Source: Pristiophorus japonicus
Lineage: Eukaryota
DNA: 64,000 bases
Reading direction: 5' to 3'
Assembly: GCF_044704955.1 (NCBI RefSeq)
Contig: NC_091986.1
Coordinates: 176,638,001-176,702,000 of the forward strand
How positions within the stretch are numbered: the stretch's first letter is position 1; every line of letters begins with the position of its first letter. Positions 13,401 to 27,199 of the stretch are shown in pieces. The position numbers and the translations under genes were made by a program. The notes beneath the pieces are model-generated. The model had not been told where the DNA came from, did no database searches, and saw only the letters and a program-made list of their open reading frames with translations.

Positions 13401-14815
13401 TGAATTGTTTTGAGTCATTTTTTGAATGAACAGTATCATTGAAATACTTAGGAGAGAATTAAATACAGCTATCCCAGAATGCTATCAAGACATGTTAATA
13501 GATGACCCAGAAGCTGGATTATTGTAGATCTATTTTATGTCCTCAACATATAAATATCTATGTTTAAATGTGATTGAAACTAACTATTGGCAGCTGGTCT
13601 ACTTAATGAACACGCGCACTGTTATTTAAAAAAAAACTATGACCAGGTCCTAAAAAGATCAATTTAGAAAAATTAAAAAATAAAATTAACAGGATGTAAT
13701 TTTATTGAACATCTTAGCATCTAAGAAAGCTGTGATCTGGTTAAGAGCATTTTAGAAGGAAATGCAGCATAAAACTTCTATGTTTCAACTATTTTGTAGA
13801 AGGATAAAAATGATTTCTGTTCATAATTAATTTCATGAATCATTACATGTGTGTTTTTAAACACATTTATAAGATATCATTTTAACAAAACCATTCTGCA
13901 CTGTTTTATGTCATATAACACCCTATGCGTCTTTCTATTGGATATTTTTATCTTAAAATCCACAGTATGTGATGGGTTGTTTCTGATTCATGTGACATCA
14001 CTGAAAAACACAGACATGTTAAACAATTCTGCATTGCAGGATTTAGTTGTCGAGCACTGGACATAACCCAGGCCTTATAGATAAAGAGACATGCTAACTA
14101 TGTCAATTAAGAGTTGCAGTGGTAATATTTCAAACATTCATGTTTTTAAATAAATGTTTTAAAATATTAAAATTTTTATACAGTATCTTAGTGAAAGCTC
14201 ATTACTGTGATTGTTAACCTATCCACCCACTCCTTAATGTTTGAACACATTATGTCTGTATGCCCTGTGGTTAAAATAAGGAGTTTTATGGCTCTCTGTT
14301 CTGACTTCTATATAGCCAACAAAATAGTATATGCATACAGCATTATGAAAATTAAATGACTATGAAGCAAATGCAATTCACAAAACATAAGTTAGCAGAC
14401 TATTAAACAATTGGACAAATCAATTTGAGTCAAATTTGAAAAACTGCTCTGTGGCTCATCTGGAGAGGTTGTCAGTCTGTCTTCTCCAGATCCTTTGTCA
14501 GTGCTGTTCTTCGTCACCACAGTAACATTTCACAGTATAAATGCTATCATTATTATTTCTGTATTTCACAATAAGAAGGAAAAACTATAATTTATTTGAA
14601 AATCTGCAAAAACCTATCACCTAAAGCATTTGCAGTAATCGAGAAATGTTATTGTCTCTCTTACAGATAAAATGATTTGGAAAATTTATTACTGTGTAGA
14701 TCTATCACTATAATTATGAGGAACAATCTACTTAAGAGAAGCTACATTTTATTTCTCCAGATGCTAATTAAAGCTAACACCAGTTTATTTGCTATCTATA
14801 TTTCTTCCCTGACAG

Positions 14816-14956
14816 CCTATTGGATCTTTGAACCCAAAGCGTGCCGTCTTCTATGCTGAACGCTATGAGACATGGGAGGACGATCAAGTTCCACCTTACC
14901 ATTACAACACCCATTATTCTACAGCTACTTCCACACTATCCTGGCTTGTCAGAATT
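14816..14956 (+). CDS. NBEA: Neurobeachin-family BEACH domain exon ([47 protein letters not shown])
   Basis: Flanked by tttcttccctgacag and gtgagt; 141 nt, phase 0-0. The translation nearly matches human NBEA as recalled and contains the BEACH motif HYxTHYS. Exact paralogue identity is uncertain. Confidence 0.95.
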
Positions 14957-15875
14957 GTGAGTATCTTCAGTAACATATATATATTATTTAAAATTACATA
15001 GAATCGGCAGCAGAAACATGCCATTCAGCCCAACGGGTCTATGCCAGTGTTTTTGGCTAATTTCTTTGGGAGCTCAATGTGTATTTCTTTCAAATAAGTC
15101 ATTTTGTGACTTTTAAAAGAAATTGCATCCACATCTCTTTTTGGTACCCTTCCCAGCCAAAGCTTGAAACAATTCAAAGTTGAGAGCAGCACAGTGACCT
15201 TCTCTTAAGCCTTTAACAATATTGTTTTGCAACTGGTATGCTATAAGGTGCACAAGAGTGGGTCAGGTTTTGCTTCCTTACCTGTGGAGAAATGCCAAAT
15301 CTATACAGTGTATCTCCAGGATGGGGACATAAGAATAAGGGACTAAGTCTGTGGAAAATTGAAGGCTTTTACACTTATATACCAAGTCACTGAGGCTTAG
15401 TGAAGTGGTGTCAATCAGGTAATGGCACCACCAGACCACCTATTTTGACACTTTATTATCATATATTTAACAGATGTATTTCTCTATTAAAAATGTACTA
15501 AAGTAGAAATATTTACAAATTAATATTTCCTATTGAATACCTTTCAATATAAATTAATTACTGGACACTCCAAAACAAATTACATTTTTCCCATAACAAT
15601 TTATCTTGAATGTATTATTTCCACCATATTTATCACTTAAATCATTGCATCAAAATATTTTTAATCGTGCCATTTGAATATCAAATAAAAGTTATTTGGA
15701 TTTGGTAAATTGCAAGTTCTGTTCACCCATATTTTAATTGGCCAGTAAATACAAACATCAACATTCTATTGCCGAGGTGTAAGAGCTGATGATTAGGGCC
15801 AAGCCTTAACTCTAGTGTAGAAGCAACTTATGTTACAGATTATAAAGATGACAAAAGTAAGAATTGAGATATATA

Positions 15876-17197
15876 GGGCTCAATTTTCCCCAGTGATTTG
15901 CGCCGTTTTTTTGGAGCAGGCTGCTTTTTTTGGCCTAAGTTTAAAAATCCACAGTTTCCCCAATCAATTTGCACCAGCGTAACTCAGTTACGATTTTTTT
16001 AGGTACTTTTTTTTTTTAGCCGCGGGGGGGGGGGGGGGTGCGTAACCTGCCACCTGCGCCAATTCTGGCCATTTAGGCAAGTTTGGCCAGCTGAGAGTTA
16101 CTCCAGTTCTGCTTAGGCCAGCGCATGTGGCCTCTGCAGAAAAACCTTCCGGAGAATTGAAGAAATCGGCACAGGTAAGGAAATCGGCGCAGGTAAGTGC
16201 AACAGATGCTCAGACAGCAAGAGCAGGCAAAGTTTGAAAGAGGGGGAGAGAGAGAGGTGGGGGTCGGGGGGGAAAGAGGGTGGGGGAAGCCTTTCGGGTA
16301 TAGTTAGGTGCGGGGACTGGGAGGGAGGAGGGCATTTGGCCTGGTATGGGGCTGGGATCGGACCGGCAAGCCCTTCGACCTGGGCTAGGAGCAGGGAGCA
16401 GGACCAGGAGGGCACTCGGGGCCAGGGTCGGGCAGGGGAGCGGATCGGAAGGCCTTTGGCCTGGGCTAGGAGCAGGGAGTGGGTCCGGGAGAGCATTCGG
16501 GGCCAGGCTCGGGCGGGGGATCGGATCGGCAAGCCCTTCGGCCTGGGCTAGGGGCGGGGGACCGGGATCCGTAAGGCACTCGGGGCTGGTGGAGGTGGGG
16601 GAGCTGGAGCTGGACCGGCACAGGCAAGGGGCTCGGAGCGGGCTCGAGATTTGGGAAACAAGCCATGAGGTGGGGAGAGAGGGGAGGGGGGAAATAGCCG
16701 ATCAGAAGGCTTGGTTCCCGGGGAGGGGAAGGGAGAGACAGCCGATCAGAAGACTTGGTGCCCGGGGAGGGGAGGGGGAGGGAGAGAGAGAGGTCACTTC
16801 CATAATGTTGTGTTTTGTTAATGGAACATGATTCAGTTTTAATGTAAAATATATTTTATTCAAAAGTTTACAATGTACTTAACTTTGCTCTTTAAAAATG
16901 GCCGATTGCCAAATCTGAGCTGTACTGAGCATGCGCGTCCATTGGAACAATGTCAAAAATATAATTTTTTTTCCTCGCATGCGCAGATGGCGCGGCTTTG
17001 TTTTTTGGCGCAGACAGCAGACTCCACCTCCCCCCCCGCCCCCCACCCCCCGGGGCAACTGGACATGCTGCGCGGCTCCAAATTCGATTTATAGATCGGG
17101 GAAACTTTGGGAAAATATTTATGGCGCATTTCTGGCCTAGAAAACCCGGCGTAACTCTGCAATATGCCAGAAAACGGGCTTGGGGAAAATTGAACCC
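15876..17197. mobile_element. PIF/Harbinger-like non-autonomous element with internal GC-rich tandem repeats
   Basis: TIR gggctcaattttcccca / tggggaaaattgaaccc; 3-bp TSD ATA; left arm shared with 35887-36866. Confidence 0.82.
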
Positions 17198-20151
17198 ATA
17201 ATATGTAAAAGAATGTCGGTAATTTTGTTCTAAATATTGAATGCATGACCTCACAGCCGTATCGATAAGAGGTGGTTACAAAAGTTGAGTTAAATTATAT
17301 TTGCTTTCTTGTGTGATTTGCAGTAGATCATTCTAAGATGGTGTCATACATTGTCTAACAATTGAAATAATTCCTTGTAAATTGGTATTAGTGCTGTGAC
17401 ATTTAAATCTAAAAATCAGTCTGCCTCTTTGAATGTATGGGTAGGAGTACATAATTTTCACAATTTAGTGTTCACAGTGTCTTGTCCCTCAATCCCAGTT
17501 TTGTTAGTATTTTTCAAACAAAATGTGTAAAACGTTCAATGGTTGCTCCTAATTGTATCCTATTGCAGCAAAATCATTCGCTTGGTAAATAAGATACTTG
17601 TTTGAGTTTATATCGAACTTTCAGAAGAATATATATATAAAATAAAAAGGGATGGTGGGCTTGCAGCCCTGTGTAGACATATACAACAACTGATTTTAAG
17701 TTTTTCAATATTTAATTTTTAACGTTGTTACAAATATTACATTGTTATGCTGTCATAAAATTTAAATGGGGAGAGGTATTACAAGAAACTACTATAGGTC
17801 CTAAGAGTTTTCTGTCTGTAACAAAATCACAAAGTTTTTTTTAAAGCAGGCATTTGTAGTTAATACTATTAAAAAATAAATGGGATTGGCACACTGAGTG
17901 TAACTGTATTAAAGGTTTGGGCAGGCAGTCAGCCATATCTAATAAAACTGATTAGGTTGCAGTATTTGACATGAAATTACAAAATCAGATTAGGCAATGA
18001 CATAACCTTTAGGTTGCACAGTTACATAGATTTTTGATGTTTTTACAGAACATTCTAGGATTATTCTGCAATTTCACACTAATTCTCTCCCTTCAGTGAA
18101 TAACTGAATTTTTTGTGTGGGCAATAATTTCTAATTGGCACAAAAGTAAAACCTGCATTCAACTCATATTTTATTCTTCTCCACCGGTATTAATTGTATG
18201 TGACTTAAAAAGGCATATTGGTAAGAATCAAGACAAGTTAGAAGCAAAGCATTGAAGCTTCACACACACTGGCATATATGAAAAAGTTTCCATTTACATG
18301 TACTCATACATGTAATACCTCGGAGCCATTTTGTCTTAAAAATGTACAAGAAAATGTCCAACATTTATGCTGTTCAGCAGATCTCTCATGGAATTGCTCA
18401 CAGTGAGTTGTAGGTTTTATAAGAATAGGGATGTTATGCCAACCACTATTAACAGGACATTGTCTCATCATCATTGGGGCGCAGCCCTTGCATCTGGGAG
18501 CTCTAGGAATGGGGGCCAGTACCGAGATGAAGTCTAAGCCTAACAGTATTTTGAGGAGAGCTCCCAGAGTCTGAGACCACTGCGAGCTCCAGTGTCAGTT
18601 GCTTACTGTCTTTTCCTTCCTTTCTTAAAGTATTTTAGCATAAATCTTCTTCTTAAAATTAATGGATGGAAAGCTACAGGCTGTGGGTATGAAATTTTCC
18701 AATAGGTACTCCTGAAGCACAAAAGCAGAAAATTTAGTTTACTGTTGCTGTGTTTGCCAACTTACACAATCTTTAATAAACATAAGTTTTCAAGAATAAA
18801 TAAAAAAATAACTCATAAAGCACTCAAAATTTCATTGCTTTTGAATTTTCCAAGTTTTGTATTAAATCAAATTCCTTAAAACTCAAAAAATGGCTCAGGA
18901 GACATTTTTTAATTGAATATATCGAGCCAAAAGATTGCCTAAAATGATCTTCTCACTATAAACAGTCTTTTTTTTCTTTTCTAACCATCAACGAAGAAAC
19001 CAGTTCATAATAGATAAGAACAATTGTTAATATATTTATATAAATTTGTCACTTGTCTAAAGTGAAAGCTTTGAGAATTCTAGCTTTAGTTTCTTTCAAA
19101 GTCTTTTGGGGAAAGCAAAGGCAATCTCAAATCCCCAAAAGATGAGAGGACGCACCATTCTATCCTTCAACTCCAGTTTGCTTGCTAGATAATTCTGCAA
19201 ATTGCACACACTCAGAAGGCACAAAAAGGAGTCTCAACTGTTGGAAGTAAAAATATTCAAAGCACAAGCTTTTAAGACACGCTAAGCCTTTGATATAAAA
19301 CCTTAATGAAAGGATTAAGAGATATAGAGCACAATTCATGTTATTGTGAAATATGCCATTTTTGAACTTTTTATTCTGTTGAACTTATTAAATTTCAGTT
19401 GTGTGAGGGGGGAAAAAGGCAGTTGAAATGTTTTGAAAAAGCATTTTAAGTGACCAGGGACCAGGAGGAAGTATGGGACAGTGCTTCAGAGGGCAGTGAG
19501 CCTGCAGCTCTGTGGGAGGCAGTAGGCAGAGATGCCCAAGGCCTGTCACAGGTTAGAAAGTGGAAGTTGCTGTCTGGGAGTACTCGGGAATCGGGCCTGG
19601 GAAACTTAGCACCTGGGATTTGGCAACACTGAATGGGGTTGGCCTTGGGTGCACAGGATGGAAAATAGCATCTGAGAGTACTCAATAGGAGGTGGAAGAG
19701 GCTGGTGTGGGTCTGTCAACAGAGTAAAAAGGTTTAATTGCAGTCAGAAATTCTGAGATTTAGGAGAACCCAGGCATGGATCTTGGAATAATCATATGAG
19801 ATGTGGAAGCATTGGATGGGTCTTGATCTTAGATCTGGTACTGTGTAATGAGACAGGATTAATCCAAGTAAAGGATCCTCTAGGAATGAGCGACCATAAT
19901 ATGGTTGAATTTCAAATTCAGTTGGAGGGTGAGAAAGTTGGATCTCAAACCAGTGTCCCAAGCTTAAATAAAGGAGACTTCAAAGGTATGAAGGCAGAGT
20001 TGGCTAAAATGGACTGGGAAAATAGATTCAAGTATGGGAAGGTTGATGAGCAGTGGCAGACATTTAAGGAGATATTTCCTAACTTGCAACAAAAATATAT
20101 CCCAATGAGAAGGAAAGACTGTAAGAGAAAGGATAACCATCCGTGGCTAAC

Positions 20152-20369
20152 TCATCATCATCATAGGCAGTCCCTCGGAATCGAGGAAGACTTGCTTCCA
20201 CTCTAAAAATGAGTTCTTAGGTGACTGAACAGTCCAATACAGATGGGACAGACAGTTGTTGAGAGAAAGGGTGGGCGGGACTGGTTTGCCGCACGCTCTT
20301 TCCGCTGCCTGCGCTTGGTTTCTGCACGCTTTCGGTGATGAGATTCAAGATGCTCAGTGCCCTCTCGGG
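20152..20369 (-). mobile_element. RTE 3' fragment
   Basis: Same (tca)n-taggcagtccctcggaatcgagg end as the copies at 1753, 38881 and 46749. Confidence 0.85.
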
Positions 20370-21529
20370 AACTAAAGAATTAAGGAATGGTATCAAATTG
20401 AAAACAAGGGCATACAATGTGGCCAAGACTGGTGGGAGGCAGAGGATTGGGAAACTTTTAAAAGCCAGCAGAGAATGACTAACAAAAATGATTAAAAGAG
20501 GGAAGATAGATTATGAAAGTAAACTTGCATGAAATATAAAAACAGATAGTAAGAGTTTCCACATAAAAAGGAAAAGAGTGGCTAAAGTAAATGTTGGTCC
20601 CCTAGAGGAGGAGACTGGGGAATTAATAATGGAGAGCAGGGAAATGGCAGAGACGTTGAACAAATATTTTGTATCGGTCTTCACGGTAGAAGACACTAAA
20701 AACATACCAATAGTGGATAATTAAGGGGCTATAGGGGGGAGGAACTTAATAAAATCTGTAGTACTAGGTAAAATAATGGGACTAAAGGCAGACAAGCCCC
20801 TGAACCTGATGACTTACACCCTCGGGTCTTAAAAGAAGTGACTGCAGAGATAGTGGATGCATTAGTTGTAATCTATCAAAATTCCCTGGATTCTGGGGTT
20901 GTCCCAGCAGATTGGAAAACCGCAAATGTAATACACCTATTTAAAAAAGGAGGCAGACAAAAAGCAGGAAACTATAGACCAGTTAGCGTAACATCTGTCG
21001 TTGGAGAAAATACTGGAGTCCATTATTAAGGAAGCAGTAGCAGGACATCTGGAAAAGCATAATTCAATCAAGCAGAGTCAGCATGGTTTTATGAATGGGA
21101 AATCATGTTTGACAAATTTGCTGGAGTTCTTTGAGGATTTAACAGGCAGGGTGGATAAGGGGAAACTAATGGATGTGGTGTATTTGGATTTCCAAAAGGC
21201 ATTCGATAAGGTGCCACATAATAGGTTACTGCACAAGATAAAAGTTCATAGGGTTGGGGGTAATATATTAGCATGGATAGAGAATTGGCTAACTAACAGA
21301 AAACAGAAAGTCGGGATAAATGGGTCATTTTCTGGTTGGCAAACAGTAACTAGTTGGGTGCCGCAGGGATCGGTGCTAGGGCCTCAATTATTTACTATCT
21401 ATATTAATGACTTGGATGAAGGGACTGAGTGTAATGTAGCCAGGTTTGCTGATGATATAAAGATGGGTGGGAAAGCAAATTGTGAGGAGAACACAAAAAA
21501 TCTGCAAAGGGATACTGGTAGGCTAAGTG

Positions 21530-21764
21530 TGATATGTCCTTGCTATACAGTACAAATGCACACGAGGCCCATACTTGAGAGAAGGTCACTGTGACCAGTT
21601 ACCTTTATTGCCAAGACCTCAAGTGATGAAGGTGGGTGGAGCTTCCCCTTTTATACCTGAAAGTCCAGGTTAGGAGTGTCTCCCACAAGTTCACCCCTTG
21701 TCAATGTTCTCAAGGTGTACAACTTAGCTCAGCTTATACATGGGTTATAATGATAGTTGAATAC
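21530..21764 (-). repeat. 3' LTR of the Gypsy element (its first few bases are deleted)
   Basis: Direct repeat of 25977-26214; by eye about 9 substitutions and 3 indels. Confidence 0.93.
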
Positions 21765-24700
21765 CTCCCCCCCAAAGTCTTATTGGGGTCACAGGTTAAG
21801 TCTCTCTGGTGGATTACACTCCCTTATAGAACGCCTGAGTTGGGGCTCCGGTTGTGGGACGCTGGCCTGAGTGTCTGCTGTTGGCAGTGCCTCAGGCCTG
21901 TCCGGAGTGCCCACGGTGACTGGGCTCTCCAACACTTCGTTTCGGTGTTCGGTCACCTGTGGTGGAGTAAACTCTACGTCGTGTTCTTCCTCTGCTTCTT
22001 CTATGGGGTTGCTGAACCTCCTTTTAGTTTGATCCACGTGTTTGCAGCAGATTTGTCCATTGGTAAGTTTAACTACCAAAACCCTATTTCCCTCACAGTG
22101 CCTGCAAGCCATTTGGGCCCTGCAGCGTAATTAAGGACAAAAACAGGGTCATTGACGTCAATACATCGCGCCCTCGCATTCCTGTCATGGTAGTCACATT
22201 GTGACTGACGCCTGCTCTCAACAATTTCTTTCATAGTAGGGTGTATAAGTGATAACCTGGTTTTGAGCGTCCTTTTCATTAGCAGCTCTGCAGGTGGAAC
22301 CCCTGTGAGCGAGTGTGGTCGGGATCTATTAGCCAACAGGAGGCGTGATAAGAGGCTTTGTAGGGAATTCTGAGCATCGCCTGTTTGATTAGCTGCACTG
22401 CTCGTTCCGCCTGGCCGTTTGAGGCCGGCTTGAACGGTGCCGTTCTGACATGGTTGATTCCATTGCCTGCAATGAAGTCCTGGAATTCAGTGCTTGTGAA
22501 GCATGGGCCATTGTCGCTGACCAAGACATCCGGTAGACCATGGGTGGCGAACATTGCACGTAGACTTTTTACCGTGGCAGAGGATGTGCTTGAATTTAAA
22601 ATGGCACACTCAATCCATTTTGGAGTAGGCATCTACTACAACCAAAAACAATTTTCCCATGAAAGGACCGGCGTAGTCCACATAGATGATGACCATGGCT
22701 TGGCGGACCAGGGGCTAAGGGGGGCTTCCCTGGGTGCGTTGCCCAGCTGAGCACACGTGTTGCACCTGCGAACACAAAGTTCCAGGTCTGCATCTATCCC
22801 TGGCCACCAAAAGTGTGACCTGGCAATTGCCTTCATCATGACAATGCCCGGGTGCTCACTGTGAAGTTCCCTGATAAACACCTCTCTGCCCATCTGGGGC
22901 ATGACTACTTGGTTTCCCCACAGTAGGCAATTGGCCTGAATCGAGAGTTCATCCTTGCGCCTATGAAATGGTTTAAATTCCTCAGGGCATGCCCCGTACG
23001 TGGCTGCCCAGTCCCCATTCAGGACACATTTCTTAACTAAAGACAGTAGCGGGTCTTTATTTGTGCAGACTTTAATCTGACGGGCTGTCACAGGTGAGCC
23101 TTCGCTTTCGAAAGCTTCAACAGCCATAACCATCTCAGCATCATGCTCAGTTGCCCCCTCAGTGGTGGCTAGTGGGAGCTGCTGAGTGCATCGGCGCAGT
23201 TTTCAGTGCCCGGTCTGTGTCGAATTGTGTAGTCATAGGTGGCTAACGTGAGTGCCCACCTCTGCATGCGGGTCGATGCATTCGCATTTATGGCCTTGTT
23301 GTCGGCCAAAAGGGACATTAGGGGTTTGTGATCTGTCTCCAACTCAAATTTCCTGCCAAACAGGTACTGGTGCATTTTTTTTTTTACTGTATATACACAT
23401 GCTAGCGCTTCCTTTTCTACCATCCCGAAGCCCCTTTCTGCCTTCTGGAGGCATAAGCTCTCGGCTGTAACTGACCATTGGCATTCACATGCTGCAACAC
23501 ACACCCGACCCCATAGGACGACGCATCGCACGTTAACACAATTTTTTACACGCGTCATATAACGTTAACAGTTTGTTAGAGCAAGCAATTTGTTATGCTC
23601 CATCAAAAGCCCTTTCCTGGCTGTCCCCGCAGACCCAATCGCGACCTTTGCATAGGAGCACATGTAGCGGTTCTAACAGTGTGCTCAATTTGGGAAGAAA
23701 GTTACCAAAATAGTTCAGGAGCCCCAGGAACGAACGTAGCGCCGTCGTGTTACGGGATCTGGGTGCTCTCTGGATCGCTTCCGTTTTGGACGCAGTAGGT
23801 CTGATCCCGTCTGCTGCTACCCTCCTCCCCAGGAATTCTACCTCTGGAGCTAAGAAGACACACTTCGCCTTTTTCGGTCGCAGCCCTACCCGGTCCAGTC
23901 TGCGTAGCACCTCCTCCAGGTTGTGGAGGTGTTCTTCAGTATCGTGACCCGTAATGAGGATGTCGTCTTGAAAAACCACCATCCTTGGAATCGACTTGAG
24001 GAGGCTTTCCATATTTCACTGAAAGATCGCAGTGACCGAACGGACATCTATTATACTCAAATAACCCCTTGTGTGTCGTGATGGTGGTCAGCTTCTTCGA
24101 CTCACTCGCCAGCTCCTGGGTCATGTAAGCTGAGGTCAGGTCCAATTTTGAAAAAAGTTTGCCACCGGACAGCCTCACAAAGAGGTCCTCCACTCTCGGT
24201 AGCGGGTACTGGTCTTGGAGTCACACCCGATTGATGGTGGCCTTGTAATCACCACATATCCTGACCGACCCATCCGCCTTGAGCACCAGCACGATCGGGC
24301 TCGCCCAGTCACTGAATTCGACTGGCGAGATGATGCCTTCCCTCAGCAGGCGGTCCAATTCGCATTTTATCTTTTCCCGCATCACGGATGGCTCCGCTCT
24401 GGCCTTGTGGTGTACTGGCCTGGCGTCCGGGTTTATGTGAATCATTACCTTGGCCCCCAAGTGCCGATGCCGGGTTGAAATAATGAGTCAAATTTGTCCA
24501 GGACCTGTGAGCATGATACTTGCTCCACAGAAGAAATTGCATTGACATCGCCCCATTTCCAGTTCATGACAGCAAGCCAACTCCTCCCCACTAGTGCGGG
24601 ACCGTCCCCCGGGACAATCCAGAGTGGCAACCTGTTCTCCGAATCTTTGTGGGTCATGACTACCGTGGCACTGCCTAACACCGGAATGATCTCCTTTGTA

Positions 24701-25940
24701 TTTGTCCATAGCTGTGCGTCAATCGGTAATAATTTTGGCCTCCTGGCCTTGGACACCCACAACCTTTCGAACTGTTTGATACTCATCAGGGACTGGCTGG
24801 CCCCCGTGTCTAGCTCCATTAATACCGGGATACCATTGAGGAGCACTTTCATCATTATCGGTGGCATCCTGGTATATAAACTGTATATGTGCTCCATATG
24901 AACCAGCTGAACTTCAGCTTCCAGCGATTTCCCCCAGTATTCATTTGGCCTCGTAGGACTTACATCGGGCCTGTCCTCCTTGTACATCAACCTGGCTGCA
25001 GGCTTCCTGCACATATGCGCCAAGTGACCGCTGATGTTGCAGTTTCTGAAAGTATATTGCTGATACCTGCAAGCTCTGGCTGGGTGTTTGCCTCCACACC
25101 TCCAGCATGAGCTTGAGACCCCGTTGTTGGAAACAAAAGGTTCATTACCACTCGATCATCTCTGACTGTCTCTGTAACTGTCCTTAAGCGCACCATTAAC
25201 AGGTGTTGATGGCTCCATTACTGGCCGCATTGTCCATTGCGATGGCATGAATCGCTGTTCAGCTAGCCATTATCTCTGTTGAATTCCCCTTTGGGTTCGA
25301 CTACATGCTGGGGCATGTCTGATTGCCCTTGTCTGCCTAGAGAACTGTGTGACACGTTAACAATGTTGACACCCTGGTCGTTTGCCGCATTTGAGCCAAG
25401 ATTTTTGTCATACATCATTTTGGTCTCTTCCTCCCCGAGATAAATGTCTGGGCTATCAGAGCCACCACTTCCAAGGTCAAGTCTTTGGTCTCAATCAGTT
25501 TCCTGAAAACCCCAGCGTGCCCGATGCCCTCAATAAAAAAAGTCTCACACCATCTCCGCTCTGCATGCATTTGGGAACTTACATAGGCTCGCCAGTCGCC
25601 GGAGATCTGCCACGAAGTCTGGAACACTTTGACCTTCTCGCCGCCGGTCCGTGTAAAACCGGTGTCTCGCCATGTGCATGCTGCTCGCCGGTTTAAGGTA
25701 TTCCCCGATCAACTTGCTGAGCTCTTCGAACATCTTGTCCGCCGGCTTCTCTGGCGCTAGAAGGTCCTTTATCAGGGAGTACGTTCTGGATCCACAAACC
25801 ATCAGGAGATGATTCCTGCGTTTGTTGGCCAAATGCTGCCCCAACCATTCCTTAGTGACAAAACTTTGCTGTAGTCTCTCAATAAAGTCGTCCCAATCAT
25901 CACCAACACAGTACCTCTCTTCTGTGCTGCTAGTGGCCAT

Positions 25941-25975
25941 GCTCGCGTGGTTTAAATCCCAGTTTCTCGTCGCCA
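25941..25975 (-). promoter_or_regulatory. Primer binding site complementary to tRNA-Ser(GCU)
   Basis: TGGCGACGAG starts 1 nt after the LTR and is complementary to the tRNA-Ser(GCU) 3' end CUCGUCGCCA (recalled). Confidence 0.8.
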
Positions 25976-25976
25976 A

Positions 25977-26221
25977 TGATATGTCCTTGCTATACAGTAT
26001 AAATGCACACGAGGCCATACTTGAGAGGAGGTCACTCTGTGACCAGTTATCTTTATTGCCAAGACCTCAAGTGATGAAGGTGGGTGGAGCTTCCCCTTTT
26101 ATACCTGAAAGTCCAGGTTAGGAGTGTCTCCCACAAGTTCACCCCTTGTGGTCAATGTTCCCAAGGTGTACAACTTCGGTCAGCTTATACATGGATTACA
26201 ATGACAGTTGAATACATGACA
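25977..26221 (-). repeat. 5' LTR of the Gypsy element
   Basis: Minus strand TGTCATG...ATATCA, followed by the PBS. Confidence 0.93.
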
Positions 26222-27199
26222 ATGTGAGTGGGCAAAAATTTGGCAGTTGGAGTATAATGTGGGAAACTGTGAGGTTATCCACTGGCAGAAAAAATAGAAA
26301 AGCAAATTATAATTTAAATGGAGAAAAATTGTAAAGTGCTGCAGTACAGAGGGACCTGGGGGTCCTTGTGCATGAAACACAAAAAGTTAGTATGCAGCTA
26401 CAGCATGTAATCAGGAAGGCAATGTTGGCCTTTATTGCAAGGGGGATAGTGTATAAAAGCAGAGAAGTACTGCTACAATTGTACAGGGTATTGGTGAGGC
26501 CACACCTAGAGTACTGTGTAAAGATTTGGTTTCTATATTTAAGAAAGGATATATTTGCACTGAAGGCTGTTCAGAGAAGGTTCACTAGGTTGATTCCGGA
26601 GATGAGGGGGGTTGACTTATGAAGATAGGTTGAGTAGGTTGGGCCTATACTCATTGGAGTTCAGAAGAATGAGAGGTGACCTTATAAGATAATGAGGGGG
26701 CTTGACAAGGTGGATGCAGAGAGGATATTTCCACTCATAGGAAAAACTAAAATTAGGGGACATAATCTCAGAATAAGGGGCCGCCCATTTAAAACTGAGA
26801 TGAGGAGGAATTTCTTCTCCCAAAGGGTTGTAAATCTATGGAATTTTCTACTACAGAGAGCTGTAGAGGCTGGGCCATTTAATATATTTAAGGCGGAAAT
26901 AGACAGATTTTTGAGTGATAAGGGAATAAAGGGTTATGGGGAGCAGGCAGAGCAATGGAGCTGAGTCCATGATCAGATCAGTCATGATCTTCTTAAATGG
27001 CAGAGCCGGCTCGAGGGGCCAAAATGGCCTACTCCTGCTCCTATTTTTTACGTTCTTATGTTCTTGCGAATCGGCTTTGGAGCTTCTGGGGATGAGAGTA
27101 CTTTGAGGGTAGACCAAGGATGAACTAAAGTGGGATGGTGGTCTTAGTATTTGGCCGCATTGGGGAAACGATTTTGGGGTTTCACAGCATTGAGGGAAA

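Larger units (their letters stand above)
21530..26221 (-). mobile_element. Full-length decayed Ty3/Gypsy (Mag-like) LTR retrotransposon
   Basis: Two about 240-bp LTRs; 5-bp TSD aagtg/atgtg; gag (MATSSTEERYCVGDDWDDFIER), protease LDTGA, RT FQDD, RNase H TDHKPL...NCADALS, integrase H..H/C..C and SDNGPCF...SNGQAER; PPT near 21764-21776; many frameshifts. Confidence 0.95.
19815..27064 (+). mobile_element. CR1 LINE ORF2 remnant interrupted by RTE (20152-20369) and Gypsy (21530-26221)
   Basis: ORFs 19796-20206, 21001-21594 and 26368-26964; ggctaagtg joins agtgggcaaaa across the LTR element; ttcttatg tail. Confidence 0.9.
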
